Origin: the human T2T-CHM13v2.0 reference genome, Homo sapiens
DNA length: 64,000 nt
Direction: 5' to 3' (one strand)
NCBI RefSeq assembly: GCF_009914755.1
Contig: NC_060940.1
The translations under genes and the position numbers were made by a program. Below, piece by piece: positions 1 through 13,284 of this stretch. Position 1 is the first letter of the stretch. Each line of letters starts with the position of its first letter. Under the pieces are notes generated by a model. It saw only the letters and a program-made list of their open reading frames with translations. It had not been told where the DNA came from and did not search any database.

Positions 1-2630
1 AGAGGAAAAGCTTTCCTCCACCCTCTGTTTTACAGCGCTGAGGCTTCTCATCACATTTCTATGACTTGTAGCTTAATCCATGTTACATGGTCACTGGCAT
101 TATTAGTGCTTCTCTTTTAACACTGTAGGAATTAATCAATTTGGTGGTGTATTTAATTAATTCTATCACTAGAGGATTGTAAAATTACATATATGAATAC
201 CTCACTTTAGAGGCCACTTAATTTTTTTCCAAGGGGATATTTGACTATATTTCACTTGTGTCTTAATGATTTTATAATTTAAACCCTAAATTATAAATCT
301 AGAATTTAGAAAGTATATTTCCTCACTGGATTACATTTTTGGAAATATTATTTTATATGTGCACAAATATTACAAAATCACTGTAGACACCTGAAAACTA
401 TATTATCTTTTAAAGGCAATATTCTACATTAAACTGCTATAACAAAATTGTTTGGTGCATTTTTTCTAGTACATTTTGTATATATTACATGTTTAACCTT
501 TTTTTTATCCAGCAAATAATTTTTGAGTATCCACTAAGTGCTAGGTTCTGCATGACTAACTGAATTTAAAGAGTGAAATAACAGACATGGTCTCAGACAA
601 TACAAATTAACATTAGGTCACCTATTTATATATTTTTAAATGGTAATTATGAAAACTTTTTGAGATTTTTAACTAGATAACATTATAATAACACACTTGA
701 TGTTGTTAATATTTGCCAGTGAGCAAAAAAGAAAATAAAAAGATGGTTTTATTCAATATACACTTTAAAATTGCAGGAAATAGTCAAGTTTCTCTGCTTT
801 GCAGTTGAATGTCTATGTGTTTTTCTCTGCAACTTGGCTTTTGTGGAGTGAGAGAAACAATTATTCTTCCAGCCCAATGAAGGCAGAAGAGTAACAATAA
901 ATCTAATATTTTAAATGCTTATCAAAAGGTAGTAAACATATTATTTCAGAATACTGAGATCAATAAGTTGACCTAGAAAAAAAGCCAAACTGACAGTATT
1001 ACTGAATAAGGAAAGGCCCAAAGAGACAAAATACTTATTATTTTGTAACCTCGGTATGACACAACTTACCCTAACTATAAAGACCCTAAATTACCAAGAT
1101 GGGTGCTTATAATATGGAGAGTAAAAAAAGTCATTTCACTTTTAGCTTTTTTATTTCTCTCAGAATAAAAAGTGTATAAGGAGTTGATAAAGAAGTTGAT
1201 ACTATAAGTTAGTACTACAATGACAGCACTTTTCAAGAAAAGACTTTTTTCTCTCTTACAAATATCATGTTAGCAGTATTTGTTTTCTCCAGAAATAATG
1301 AGGAAATAAAAACATAAGTATGTGGGTAATTAGTGTAGTTTCTTAAAGAAATTAGTTAGGCAACAGGCTAATAATGTATACTTCGCTGGCTTTTGAATGC
1401 CAACAATCATATTTTTTATAAGGCACAGGGAAGATTTTTCTAAAGAACAAGTATGTGAACCTGAAAAGTAATCACCACTTGGTAGTGACAATATGGATAG
1501 GGTGAAGGGCGTCACCAAGAAGCAATGAAAAGATACATTTGCAGTTAAATTTGAAAACCATGATGTTTAATACATATAGTAATAAAGAATACTTTCTCCT
1601 GTTTCAAAATTATTTTAGAATTTAAGATAGAAGCTAAAATACCTAGGGATAATGATATGACTATTGAAAATTAAAAATTAAAGGACATTTTGAGTATTAG
1701 AAGTTAAGAATGAGAACTTATTACCCAATGAACAGGGGATAATTCATTATGCTCCATATCCATTGAATTAAAAGACAGGCCCATTACCTGGATAATTTGA
1801 AAGTTTAATTTTATTTAAAAGTCTTGTTTCATTCATCAAGCTAAAGGATTAGCTCCCAGAAATATTCTAGGATTGCATATCCCCAACTCTGTAGGAAGTA
1901 TAGAAAGAATGTTATAAGGGCCACCACCTAAACATTATTATGTAAATAATTTAGTACCATTCCATTTGCCTTTGTAGATTTAAAAATGTAAATGGCTTTC
2001 TCATATTAGGAAACATCATTTTTCAAAACCCAGATAAACGTAGTATATTGCAAGAGAATAATTATTTTCTTTATTAAAAAAGAAATACTGGATGCTAAGT
2101 CCAAAAGACATAAATTATTTTATACTAATAACTACCAACATTTTATTCATTAAAATATAAAGGTCAAAGATTTTAAAATGATCTTTAAATGATTAATAAC
2201 ATGTTGATCTTTTTCTTCTTTCTGTAAACCTTTTTGAGTCTTAAAAATACTAAACTATACAAGCAATATTAAATAGTATATAAACTTGGATTAAAATATT
2301 CAAATTTACTAGAATGTGGACATTGGAAAGAATGAAAATAAACAGAAGCATAAAGCAGCAGATATAAAATTACGAAAGCAACTAAGAGTGTTTAAAGTAC
2401 ATATTCATCTGTAGTCTAATGTCTACCATAAACAATGACTCTTCTCAGTAAAACACAAGTCGTTCATGAAGGGAAAAAGCATGTTGTATTAGAGAATATT
2501 CAACATAACTTTTTTAGTACTAACTTGTGCCTGGAGTATTATTGGTTTTTCTATTATGAACTTATGCACTTGATATTTTTTTTCATAAAGATTGTATGTA
2601 CAACTCCATTCAAAAGCAGTTTTTGGTGGT

Positions 2631-2937
2631 TTTTTTTTTTTTTTTTTTTGAGACAGAGTTTTGCTCTTTTCACCCAGGCTGGAGTGCAATGGTGCAAACT
2701 TGGCTCACAGCAACCTAGCAACCTTTGCCTCCCAGGTTCAGGTGATTGTCTTGCCTCAGCCTCCTGAGTGGTTAGGACTACAAGCATGTACCACCATGCC
2801 TGGCTAATTTTGTGTTTTCAGTAGAGACATGGTTTTGCCATGTTGACCAGGCTGGTCTTGAACTCCTGACCTGAGGTAATCCGCCCACCTTGGCCTCCCA
2901 AAGTGCTGGGTATGGGCAAGAGCCACCATACCCGGCC
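2631..2937 (-). mobile_element. Alu (AluS-type)
   Basis: Poly-T followed by the reverse-complement Alu body (gagacagagttttgctc...cccaaagtgctggg...ccggcc). Confidence 0.9.
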
Positions 2938-3308
2938 TCAAAAGCAGTTTTTAAAAGCAAACACAATATAACACCAAAGTTGAAAAATCCAGGCTCACCC
3001 AAGGATGCCAGGTTTAATAAATTATTTATAGAACACTGCATCAAAAATAAGACAATAACCCAAAATATACCATTAAAGATGTATCCACTCCTACAACTAG
3101 AGATAATTAATCTATCTGGTAGCAAATGATACTTCAATCAGTTTCAGCATGTCTGAAATCTTTAAGGACAAAAGTGATAAAACATGACTTCATTCTTCAT
3201 TAGACTCTTAGAACACTTGAAGGAAGATAATTTCTGAAGCACAAAGAGGTAAAGAGGTGTAATCTCTCAAAAAGATATTCAGTGTTCAAAATCCAAGAGT
3301 GCAATATC

Positions 3309-3600
3309 AGGCTGGGTGCGGTGGCTTATGCCTGTAATCCCAGCACTTTGGGAGACCATGGTGGGTGGATCACCTGAGGTCAGGAGTTCGAGACCAGCCT
3401 GGACAACAGGGTGAAACTCTGACTGTACTAAAAATACAAAAATTAGCCAGGCATGGTGGTGTGCACCTGTAGTCCTAGCTACTTGGGGGGCTGAGACAGG
3501 AGAATCGCTTGAACCTGGGAGGTGGAGGTTGCAGATCATGCCACCTCACTCCAGCATCAGTAACAGAATGAGATTCCATCTCAAAAAAAAAAAAAAAAAA
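3309..3600 (+). mobile_element. Alu (AluS-type)
   Basis: Starts ggctgggtgcggtggcttatgcctgtaatcccagc and ends in a poly-A tail. Confidence 0.9.
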
Positions 3601-4149
3601 GAGTGTAATATCATATCGGTATACACAGATAATACACTGAATGAAAGAAATAGAATAATTTGAAGAGGTATCTTGATGAACGAGGAGTCATTAGAAAGGT
3701 TGTATTCATGTCTTTGAAGCAACTTTGCAATGTGAGAAATTAATACTTTGACTACTATACTAAAAGTTTATTGCTAACATGTATTGAGTTATTAACGTGT
3801 GTTAGGCAGAGTACCATATAATTTGCAAGTGTTATCTCATTTATTGTAGGTAAAATGTAATTTCGAACTCTGGGAGTATAAACGAATTAGATAGAATAAA
3901 ATTCTATTTAAATTGCTATCAGTAAATCGGTATCTAGGAACAGGGTGATACAGTGCCCAAGTTTTCTATTCTTACTAAACGTTGTGTTTCATTTTCAATG
4001 TTTTCTTGGATATTGCTCTTTTTTGGCGACTTTGATTTTTTTTATTTTAGAAAACTAATAAATTGACTCTTCTTGGTACTGACTCTTGGGTTTTATAGAA
4101 GAAAAAGTAATTAAATTCTGTACATTTACCTTTACCTCATTTTTTCTCT

Positions 4150-4815
4150 TTTAAATTTACTTTGACATATAATAAATGTACACGTTATGGGGTACAGAGT
4201 GATATTTTGATATATTTATGCAATGCATAAAGATCAAGTCACAGTCATTATCACATCCATTACCTAAATCATGTATTATTTCTTTTCAGTGAGAATATTC
4301 AAAATCTTTTATTTTAGTTATTTGAAAACACACAATAAATTCCCGTTAACTACAGTCACCCAACAGTGCTGTAGAGAACTAGAACTTCTTCCTTCTCTCC
4401 ACCTGTAATTTTGTATGTATTAACCACATTTTTCTTATACTCTTCTTTCTCCTACTCTTTCCAGGATATGGTAACCAAAACTCTACTATCTACTTCTACG
4501 AGATTAAAAATTTTAGCTTCCATACATAAGTGAGAACACGTAGTTATGTGGTGTTTATGTTTCTATGCCAGGCTTATTTCACCTAACATAATGCCCTCCA
4601 CTTGCATTCTTGTTGCCACAAATAACAGGATTTTGTTCTTTATTATGACTAAACAATATTCCATTATATATGTATGTCACATTTCTTTATCCATTCATCT
4701 GTTGATGGACACTTTTGTTGATTCCATATCTTGGCTATTGTGAATAGTGTTGTAATAAACATGCAGGTGCAGGTAACTCTTTGATATACTGATTTTCTTT
4801 CCTTTGGATATATAC
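4150..4815 (-). mobile_element. Old L1 (L1M-type) 3' end fragment
   Basis: Antisense L1 3' motifs: ttccacatacataagtgagaac, ggcttatttcacctaacataatg, tccattcatctgttgatggacac, ggctattgtgaatagtg. Confidence 0.8.
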
Positions 4816-5520
4816 TGAAAACCATATGATCAAATTAATAAACACAATAAAAGCATTTGGCAAAATTAAATATTCTTACATGACAAAAAACCTCTTAACA
4901 ATTTAGTATAGAAAATATATGCCTTAACACAGAAGGACATAAAGGACAAATCTACAGCTAAGATCATACTGAGTGTGGAAAAGGTGAAAGATTTTACTGT
5001 GAACAAGAAAAAGATTTTACTGTAACAAGAAAAGGATGCCTATTTTCACCAATCATATTTCACATAGTGAAAGTCTTAGCCAGGACAATTAGGTGAGAGA
5101 AAGAAATACAGGATATCTGAATTGGAAAGGAGACAGTCAAATTGTCCTTGTTTAAAGACAATGTGATCTTATACACGGAAAAAAATAAGATGCTACCAAA
5201 AGCTTCTTAGGGTGATACATGAAATTAATAAAGTTGCAGGATATAAATCAACATACAAAAATCAGTAGCATTTCTATATATTGATAGTAAACTAGCTGAA
5301 ACAAGAAATTAAGAAAGCAATTCCTTTTACAATAGCTACAAAAATGTACTTAGAAATAAATTTAACCAAGGAAGTAAAAGATTTCTACAACAAAAATGAC
5401 GAATATTAATGAAAGAAATTAAAGAAAACACAAAAAAGACATCCACGTTTATAGATTGAAATAACTAATATTCTTAAAATGACCCACTATCCTATGTAAT
5501 TTACAAATTTAGTACAATCA
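4816..5520 (+). mobile_element. Old L1 ORF2 (RT region) fragment
   Basis: Sense L1 ORF2 motifs: aaaaccatatgatc, aaagttgcaggatataaatcaacatacaaaaatcagtagcatttctata, tttaaccaaggaagtaaaaga. Many stops and frameshifts. Confidence 0.8.
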
Positions 5521-6230
5521 CTAGCTTGTATTTTTAAAAGCACCTTTGCTGCATATTCTTAAGATATTCAATGACAATGCCTGGATTTATGTTTGAGGTA
5601 TTATTATATCTATTTTATATTGGGCACAATATAATGTTATCAGAGGTAACGGTTTTGATTGGTCCTAGGTCATACAGTAATATATACATTGTGATTTATA
5701 GACGTTATCTTTTAATACTCAGGCATTTAGAAAGTTCATTTAGACAAAGTTATAAAAACTTGCCTTCCTTTCTGCCTATATCACCTAAAAATCCTAATTT
5801 AAGAGGTAATAACATTTTTTATTTGATATACAATTTATCAACACAATAAAAATCTAACAATTATCATGTGCAGAGTGTGAAAATCTCATCAGATTAAGGA
5901 ACGCAAAGACATCTTTTTCATATTTCGAATGTAAAACTCTTTTGGAAACTTATTTTTAGAAACAGTTAAAAACACTTTTTCATTAGTTTTTCATGTAAAA
6001 TTGTGACAACCAGCATGAAATAACTGTCATCACAGAAGCATGGTATATTTGATTCCAAAACATATTCTTTGTAAGTTTTAATATATTTATGTATTATTTA
6101 TACTTAGATTGTAACCCATAATGTAGATATTATTTTTCCTTCAACTCTTAAGAATATTCTTAAATAATAAAATTAAAATGAATTGTAATTTTTGTTGGTT
6201 GGGAAAAAGAATAGACACACACGTGACAGT

Positions 6231-9200
6231 GCATCACTTCACCTCATCATTTCATCTCATCATTTCATCTCATTTCATCATTTCATCTCATCATTTCATC
6301 TCATTTTATCTCATCATATCATCTCATCATTTCATCAAATCTCATCTCATTTCCATTTCATTTTCATTATTTCATTTCACTATTTCATTTAATTTCATCT
6401 AATTTCATTATGTCACTTCATATCATCTCATTTCATCTCATCATTTTTCATATCATTTTTCATCTCATCATTTCATCTCAATTCATTTCATCTCATCATT
6501 TCATCTCATCTCATCATTTCCTCCTTTCAACATTTCATCTCATCATTTCTTCTCATCTCATTTCAATTTCATTATTTCATTTCATCTCATTTCATTATTT
6601 CACCTAATCTCATTATTTCATCTCATCTCATCTCAATTCATCTCATCTCATTTCATCTCATCATTTCATCTCATCATTTTTCATCTCATTTAATCTCATT
6701 TCATTTCGTCTCATCATTTCAGCTCATCATTTCATCTCACCACATCTCTTCATTTCATCATTTCATCTCATCTCATCTTTCAATTTCATTTCAATATCAT
6801 TTCCTCATTTCATCTCATTTCATTATTTCATTATTTCATTTCATCTCATTTCAATTCATCTCATTTCATCTCATCATTTTTATCTCATCATTTCATCTCA
6901 TCATATCTCATCATTTCATCATTTCATCTCATTTCTTCTCATCATTTCATCTCATCAGTTTAACTCATTTCGTCTCATCTCAATTTCATTATTTCATTTC
7001 ATTTCACTTTATTTCATTTCATCTCATCTCATCATTTCATCTCATCTTACCTCATTTCATCTCATCATTTCATCATTTCATCTCATTTCATCTCATCTCA
7101 CCTCATCTCATTTCATCTCATCTCATCATTTCATCTCATCCTTTCATTTCATCTCCTTTCACCTCATCTCACCTCAGCATTTCATCATTTCATCTCATTT
7201 CATCTCATCTCACCTCATCTCATTTCATCTCATCTCATCATTTCATCTCATCCTTTCATTTCATCTCCTTTCACCTCATCTCACCTCAGCATTTCATCAT
7301 TTCATCTCATCATTTCTTATTTCATCTCATTTTATCTCATTTCATCTCATTTCAATTTCCTTCATTATTTCATTTCATCTCATTCATTTCATCTCATTTC
7401 ATTACATCTCATCATTACATCTCATCTCATCTCATCATTTCATCTCATCATTGCATCTCATCATTCATCTCATCATTTCATCTCATCTCATCATTTCCAT
7501 TTCCATTTCATTATTTCATTTCATCATTTAATTTCATCATCTCATTTAATTTCACCTCATTTCATTATTTCATTTCATTATGTCATTTCATTTCATCTCA
7601 TTACATTTCATCTAATTTCATTTCATCTAATTTCATCTCATTTCATCTCTTTTCATCTCATCATTTCATCTCATCATCTCATCAACTCATTTCATCTTAT
7701 CATTTCATCATTTCATCTCATCTTATATCTTCTCATCTCATTTCAATTTCATTTCATTATTTCATTTCATTATTTCATGTCATGTCATCTCATCATTTCA
7801 TCTCATCACATCTCATCATTTCATCATTTTATTTCATTTCATCTTATTATTTCATCTCATCTCATTTCAATTTTATTTCAATTTCATTTTATTTCATTAT
7901 TTCATATCATTTCATCTCATTATTTCATTATTTCATTTCATTTCATCTCATCATTTCATCTCATCATTTCATCTCATCGTCTCCTCTTATCTCATTTCAT
8001 CTCATCATTCACCTCATCATTTCATCTCATTATTTTATCTCACCATTTCATTTCATCTCATCTCATCATTTCATCTCATTTCATCATTACATCTTATTTC
8101 ATCTCATTTTATGTCATTTCATGTCATCATTTCATCACATCTCGTCTCATCTCATCTTTTCATCTCATCATTTCATCTCATTTCAACTCATTGCATCTCA
8201 TCTCATGATTTCCATTTCATCATTCCATTTCATCATTTCATTTCATTATTTCATTTCATTATGTCATTTCATCTCATCACATTTCATCTCATCTCATCAT
8301 TTCATCTTTCATCTCATTATTTCATCTGATTTCATGTCATCATATCATGTCATCATTTCATCTCATTTCATCACATCTCATCTCATCATTTAATCTCATT
8401 TCATCTCATCATTTCATCTCATCTCATCATTTCTTATTTCATCTCATTTTATCTCATCATTTCATCTCATCTCATCTCAATTCAATTTCCTTTCATTATT
8501 TCATTTCATCTCATTTCATTACATCTCATCATTACATCTCACCTCATCATTTCATCTCATCATTGCATCTCATCATTCATCTCATCATTTCGTCTCATCT
8601 CATCATTTCCATTTCATTTCCATTTCATTATTTCATCACTTAATTTCATCATCTCATTTAATTTCACCTCATTTCATTATTTCATTTCATTATTTCATTT
8701 CATTATGTCATTTCATTTCATCTCATTACATTTCATCTAATTTCATTTCATCTAATTTCATCTCATCATTTCATCTCATCATCTCATCAACTCATTTCAT
8801 CTTATCATTTCATCATTTCATCTCATCATTTCATCTCATCTCGTATCTTCTCAATTTCATTTCATTATTTCATTTCATTATTTCATGTCATGTCATCTCA
8901 TCATTTCATCTCATCACATCTCATCATTTCATCATTTTATTTCATCATTTCATCTTATTTCATCTCATCTCATTTCAATTTTATTTCATTTTATTTCATT
9001 ATTTCATATCATTCATCTCATTATTTCATTTCATTTCATTTCATCTCATCATTTCATCTCATCATCTCCTCTTATCATTCATCTGATCATTTCATATCAT
9101 CATTTCATATCATCACTTTATCTCACCATTTCATCTCATCTCATCATTTCATCTCATTTCATTCATTACATCTTATTTCATCTCATTTTATGTCATTTCA

Positions 9201-10052
9201 TGTCATCATTTCATCACATCTCGTCTCCTCATCTTTTCATCTCATCATTTCATCTCATTTCATCTCATCATTTCAACTCATTGCATCTCATCTCATCATT
9301 TCCATTTCATTATTCCATTTCATCATTTCATTTCATTATTTCATTTCATTATGTCATTTCATCTCATCACATTTCATCTCATCTCATTTCATCTCATCTC
9401 ATCATTTCATCTCATCATTTCATCTCATTATTTCATCTGATTTCATGTCATCATTTCATCTCATTTCATCACATCTCATCATTTAATCTCATCATTTAAT
9501 CTCATTTCATCTCATCATTTCATCTCATCTCATCATTTCATCATTTCATCTCATCATTTCTTCTCATCTCATCATTGCCATTTCATTATTTCATCATTAC
9601 ATTTCATAATTTCCTTTCATTATTTGATTTCATCTCATTTCATTATTTCATCTCATTTTTCATCTCATTTCATCTCATCATTTCGTCTTATCATCTCATC
9701 TTATTTCATCATTTCATCTTATCGTTCATCTCATTTCATCTCATCATTTTATCTCATTATATCATCTCATCTCATCTCAATTTCATTATTTCATATCATT
9801 TCATTTCATTATTTCATTTCATTTCTTCTCATCATTTCATCTCGTTTCATCTCATCATTTCATCCCTCATCTCATTTCATGTCATCTCATCTCCTTTCAA
9901 TTTCTTTTCAATTTTGTCATTTTATCTCATCATTTCATCTCATCATTTCTACTCATCATTTCATCTCAAAATTTCATCTCATCATTTCATCTCATCATTT
10001 CATCATTTCATCTCATCATTTCATCTCATCTCAAGTAACCTTATCACTTCAT
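6231..10052 (+). repeat. Degenerate pentamer satellite-like array (CATTT/CATCT/CAT)n, distantly HSAT2/3-like
   Basis: About 3.8 kb of tttca/tctca/tca units with almost no G on the + strand. It generates the His/Ile/Ser/Phe pseudo-ORFs in the track. Confidence 0.9.
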
Positions 10053-10224
10053 CTAAGTGAAATGATGTAATGGAATCATGAAATGAAATGGATAGGATGC
10101 CCTCAGTGATGTTAAATTTAAAAATTGTTTTCATGTATTCATTTTTATATTTATATGTATTTATATTTATATTTACTTATATTTCTTTTTACTTATTTTT
10201 ATTTATATTTTTACTTATTTATTG

Positions 10225-10674
<450 letters not shown>

Positions 10675-11065
10675 TAAGTAATATGAATATTCTGTACAGG
10701 AAATATGCCCTTAATTACATAGGAATAAACATTTGTTACACTGAGAAAAATCTAATAGAGCTAAAAATAAAAATTAGTTTGGAGAGGTCATTAGATACTC
10801 ATACATTCTTACGTTTATATATTCTTTCATATATTCATATATTCTTTTAACAGTATCAATGGTTTGGAGTTATGTGTACAAAACCATGACCTACATGTAA
10901 TACAACTAATAACAAGCACTTACAATTCAAGGCATATTATATACAAAGCTTTAACTTCTCATCTTCAGATTTTGTTTTTTTTCTTTCTGTTTTGGCAGAT
11001 ACTATGAACACAACATTCAACTCACAGACACTATGGAGCCCTTACTAAGCATAAAGTACTGTGAA

Positions 11066-12815
11066 AGGCCAGGGCTAGGACAGAACTGAGACAGGGCCAG
11101 GGATAGGACAGAACCGGGGCAGGGTCATGGCCAGAGAAAAACCAGGGGCAGGGTCACAGCCAGGGACATAAGAGGACCAAGGCCAGGGCCAGAAGTAGGG
11201 CAGAACCAGGGCCAGGGCAGGGACATGGCAGGGGCAGGGCCAGGGCCATGGCAGGATCAGGGCCAGCAGAAGGCCAGGGCAGGGCTAGGGTAGCACAGGG
11301 CCAAGGCAGGGCAGGGTCAGTGTAGAGCAAGAAACGGGCCAGGGTATGGCAGGGCAGGGACAGGGAGGTCCAGGGCCAGAGTCAGGTCCAGGACATGGAC
11401 AGGGCAGGGCCAGAAACATGGCAGGACCAGAAAGGGGAAAGGGCAAGGGCAAGGCCAGAGAAGGACCACAGTAAAAACATGGCCAGGGAGGGTCCAGGGC
11501 AAGGGCAAGGCCATGGCAGAACCAGAGCCAGGGCAGTCCAAAGGCAGGGCCAGGGCAGGGCCAGTGTAGGGTGAGGGTAGGGCCAGGGCAAGTTCAGGGC
11601 CAGGGCAGGACTAAGATAGCACAGGGCCAAGGCCAAGGCCCTGTACTAAGATAGCACAGGGCCAGGGCAGGGCCAAAGGAGGGGCCAGGGCCAAGCATGG
11701 CCAGTGTGCGGCCTGGGGATTGTCAGGGCCAGGGCCAGGGTCAAGGCTGAGCCAGGAACAGGGCCAGAGCAAGGGCAGGGCCAGGGAGAAGGCAGAACCA
11801 GAGAGGATCCAGAGAAAGGGCAGGGCCAGGGCAGAACCAGGACCAGGATAAGGCAAAGCCAAGGCCAGGGCAGGGCAAGGCCAGGGCAGGGCAAGACCAG
11901 GGAAGGGCAAGGCCAGGGTAGAAATGGCCAGTGTACGGCCAGGCCAGGGTAGGAAAAGGCCACGGTAGGGCCAAGGCCAAGGCGGGGCAGGGCTAGGGTA
12001 GCACAGGTCATGGCCAAAAACAGGGCAGGGCCATAGCAGTGGCAGGACTAGCAACAGGGCCAGGGTAAGCGCTGGACCAGAGCATGGTGGGGACAATACA
12101 GGGCCAGGACAGATGATGGCAAGGCAGGTCCAGGGTCATTTCATGGACTCGGTAGGCCTGGGGTCAGGCCAGGGCAGGGAAAGGGCAAGGCCAGGGAGAA
12201 GGCAGGGCCAGGGCCAAGGCACTGCCAGGGCAGGGCAGGACCAGTGCAGGGTGAGGGAAAGGCCAGGGCATGGAAGGGCAGGGCAGGACCAAGGAAGGGC
12301 CAGGAGAATGCCACGGCAGGGTCAAGGCCAGAACAAGGGTACGGGTGGGGTCAGAAATATGGTAGGGCAAGGGCTGGGCCCAGGCTGGGACATGCAGGGC
12401 AGAGCATGGCCTGTGCAAGGCAGGGCCAGAGCCAGGCCATAGAGATGGGAGGGCAACACCAAGGCAGAGTCAGGGTAGATCCAGGGCTGAGCAGAGTCAG
12501 GGCAGGTCCAGAGTCGAGGCAGAGCTAGGGCCCAAGCAGGGCCATGGCAGCACCAGGGCAGAAAAGGGCAGGGCAATGCAGGACTGGGCCATGGCAGTGC
12601 CTGGTCAACTCTGGGGCAGGGCCAGAAGCAGGACAGGGCCAGGGCCAATGCTCAGACCAGGGACAGGGCATGACAGGAAGTGCCAGAGCAGGGCTGGGCC
12701 AACGTTGGGACAGGGCAAATCAGACCAGGACACCTCCAAGTCCAGCTCTGGCCCTGCCTTGGCCCTGGCCCCTTCCTGACCTGACCTTGTCCCTGGCCCT
12801 GCCCTATCCATGCCC
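11066..12815 (+). repeat. CAGGG repeat array, block 1 (G-rich on +, with a short inverted C-rich end at ~12740-12815)
   Basis: Degenerate cagggc/cagggccagggc units. Matches the CAGGG repeat class described at human pericentromeric duplication boundaries. Confidence 0.9.
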
Positions 12816-12869
12816 TGTGTGTTTGACCAGTGTTTTATAACCAGAATCCTATAAGAAACTTAAATCAGC

Positions 12870-12997
12870 TCTTTTTGTGCATTTTTAGTAGAGATGGGGT
12901 TTCACAATGTTGCCCAGGCTGGTTCCAAACTCCTGAGCTCAAGCCATTTGCCTGCCTTGGCCTCCCAAAGTGCTGGGATTACAGGAGTAATCTGGCC
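12870..12997 (-). mobile_element. Alu left-arm fragment (followed by a MIR-like fragment at ~13005-13090)
   Basis: tttttagtagagatggggtttcac...cccaaagtgctgggattacagg, then ctgtttcctacatttggaaaatgggg...ttgtgagaatcaatg. Confidence 0.75.
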
Positions 12998-13284
12998 AAG
13001 TATTTAACTTCTTTATGCCTGTTTCCTACATTTGGAAAATGGGGATGCTTTAAGTACCTAGCACCTAGAATTATTGTGAGAATCAATGCCTCACATATTT
13101 ACATATTGATAAAATTGTACTCATAGAACACTACTGGAAGCAAAGATAGTATTAGTTAAAATTTAGTGATTATTTACTGCAAATATTATTACTATTACAA
13201 ACAACATAGTATAGACATTATTACCACTACTATAGTTATCTTAAAAATCTAAAATAAAAATTTTATGTGATAGCCTAATGTAAT

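Noticed and set aside
6178-10070. Long His/Ile/Ser/Phe-rich ORFs (up to 204 aa)
   Set aside because: They are translations of a G-poor satellite in which stop codons are rare. There is no gene structure.
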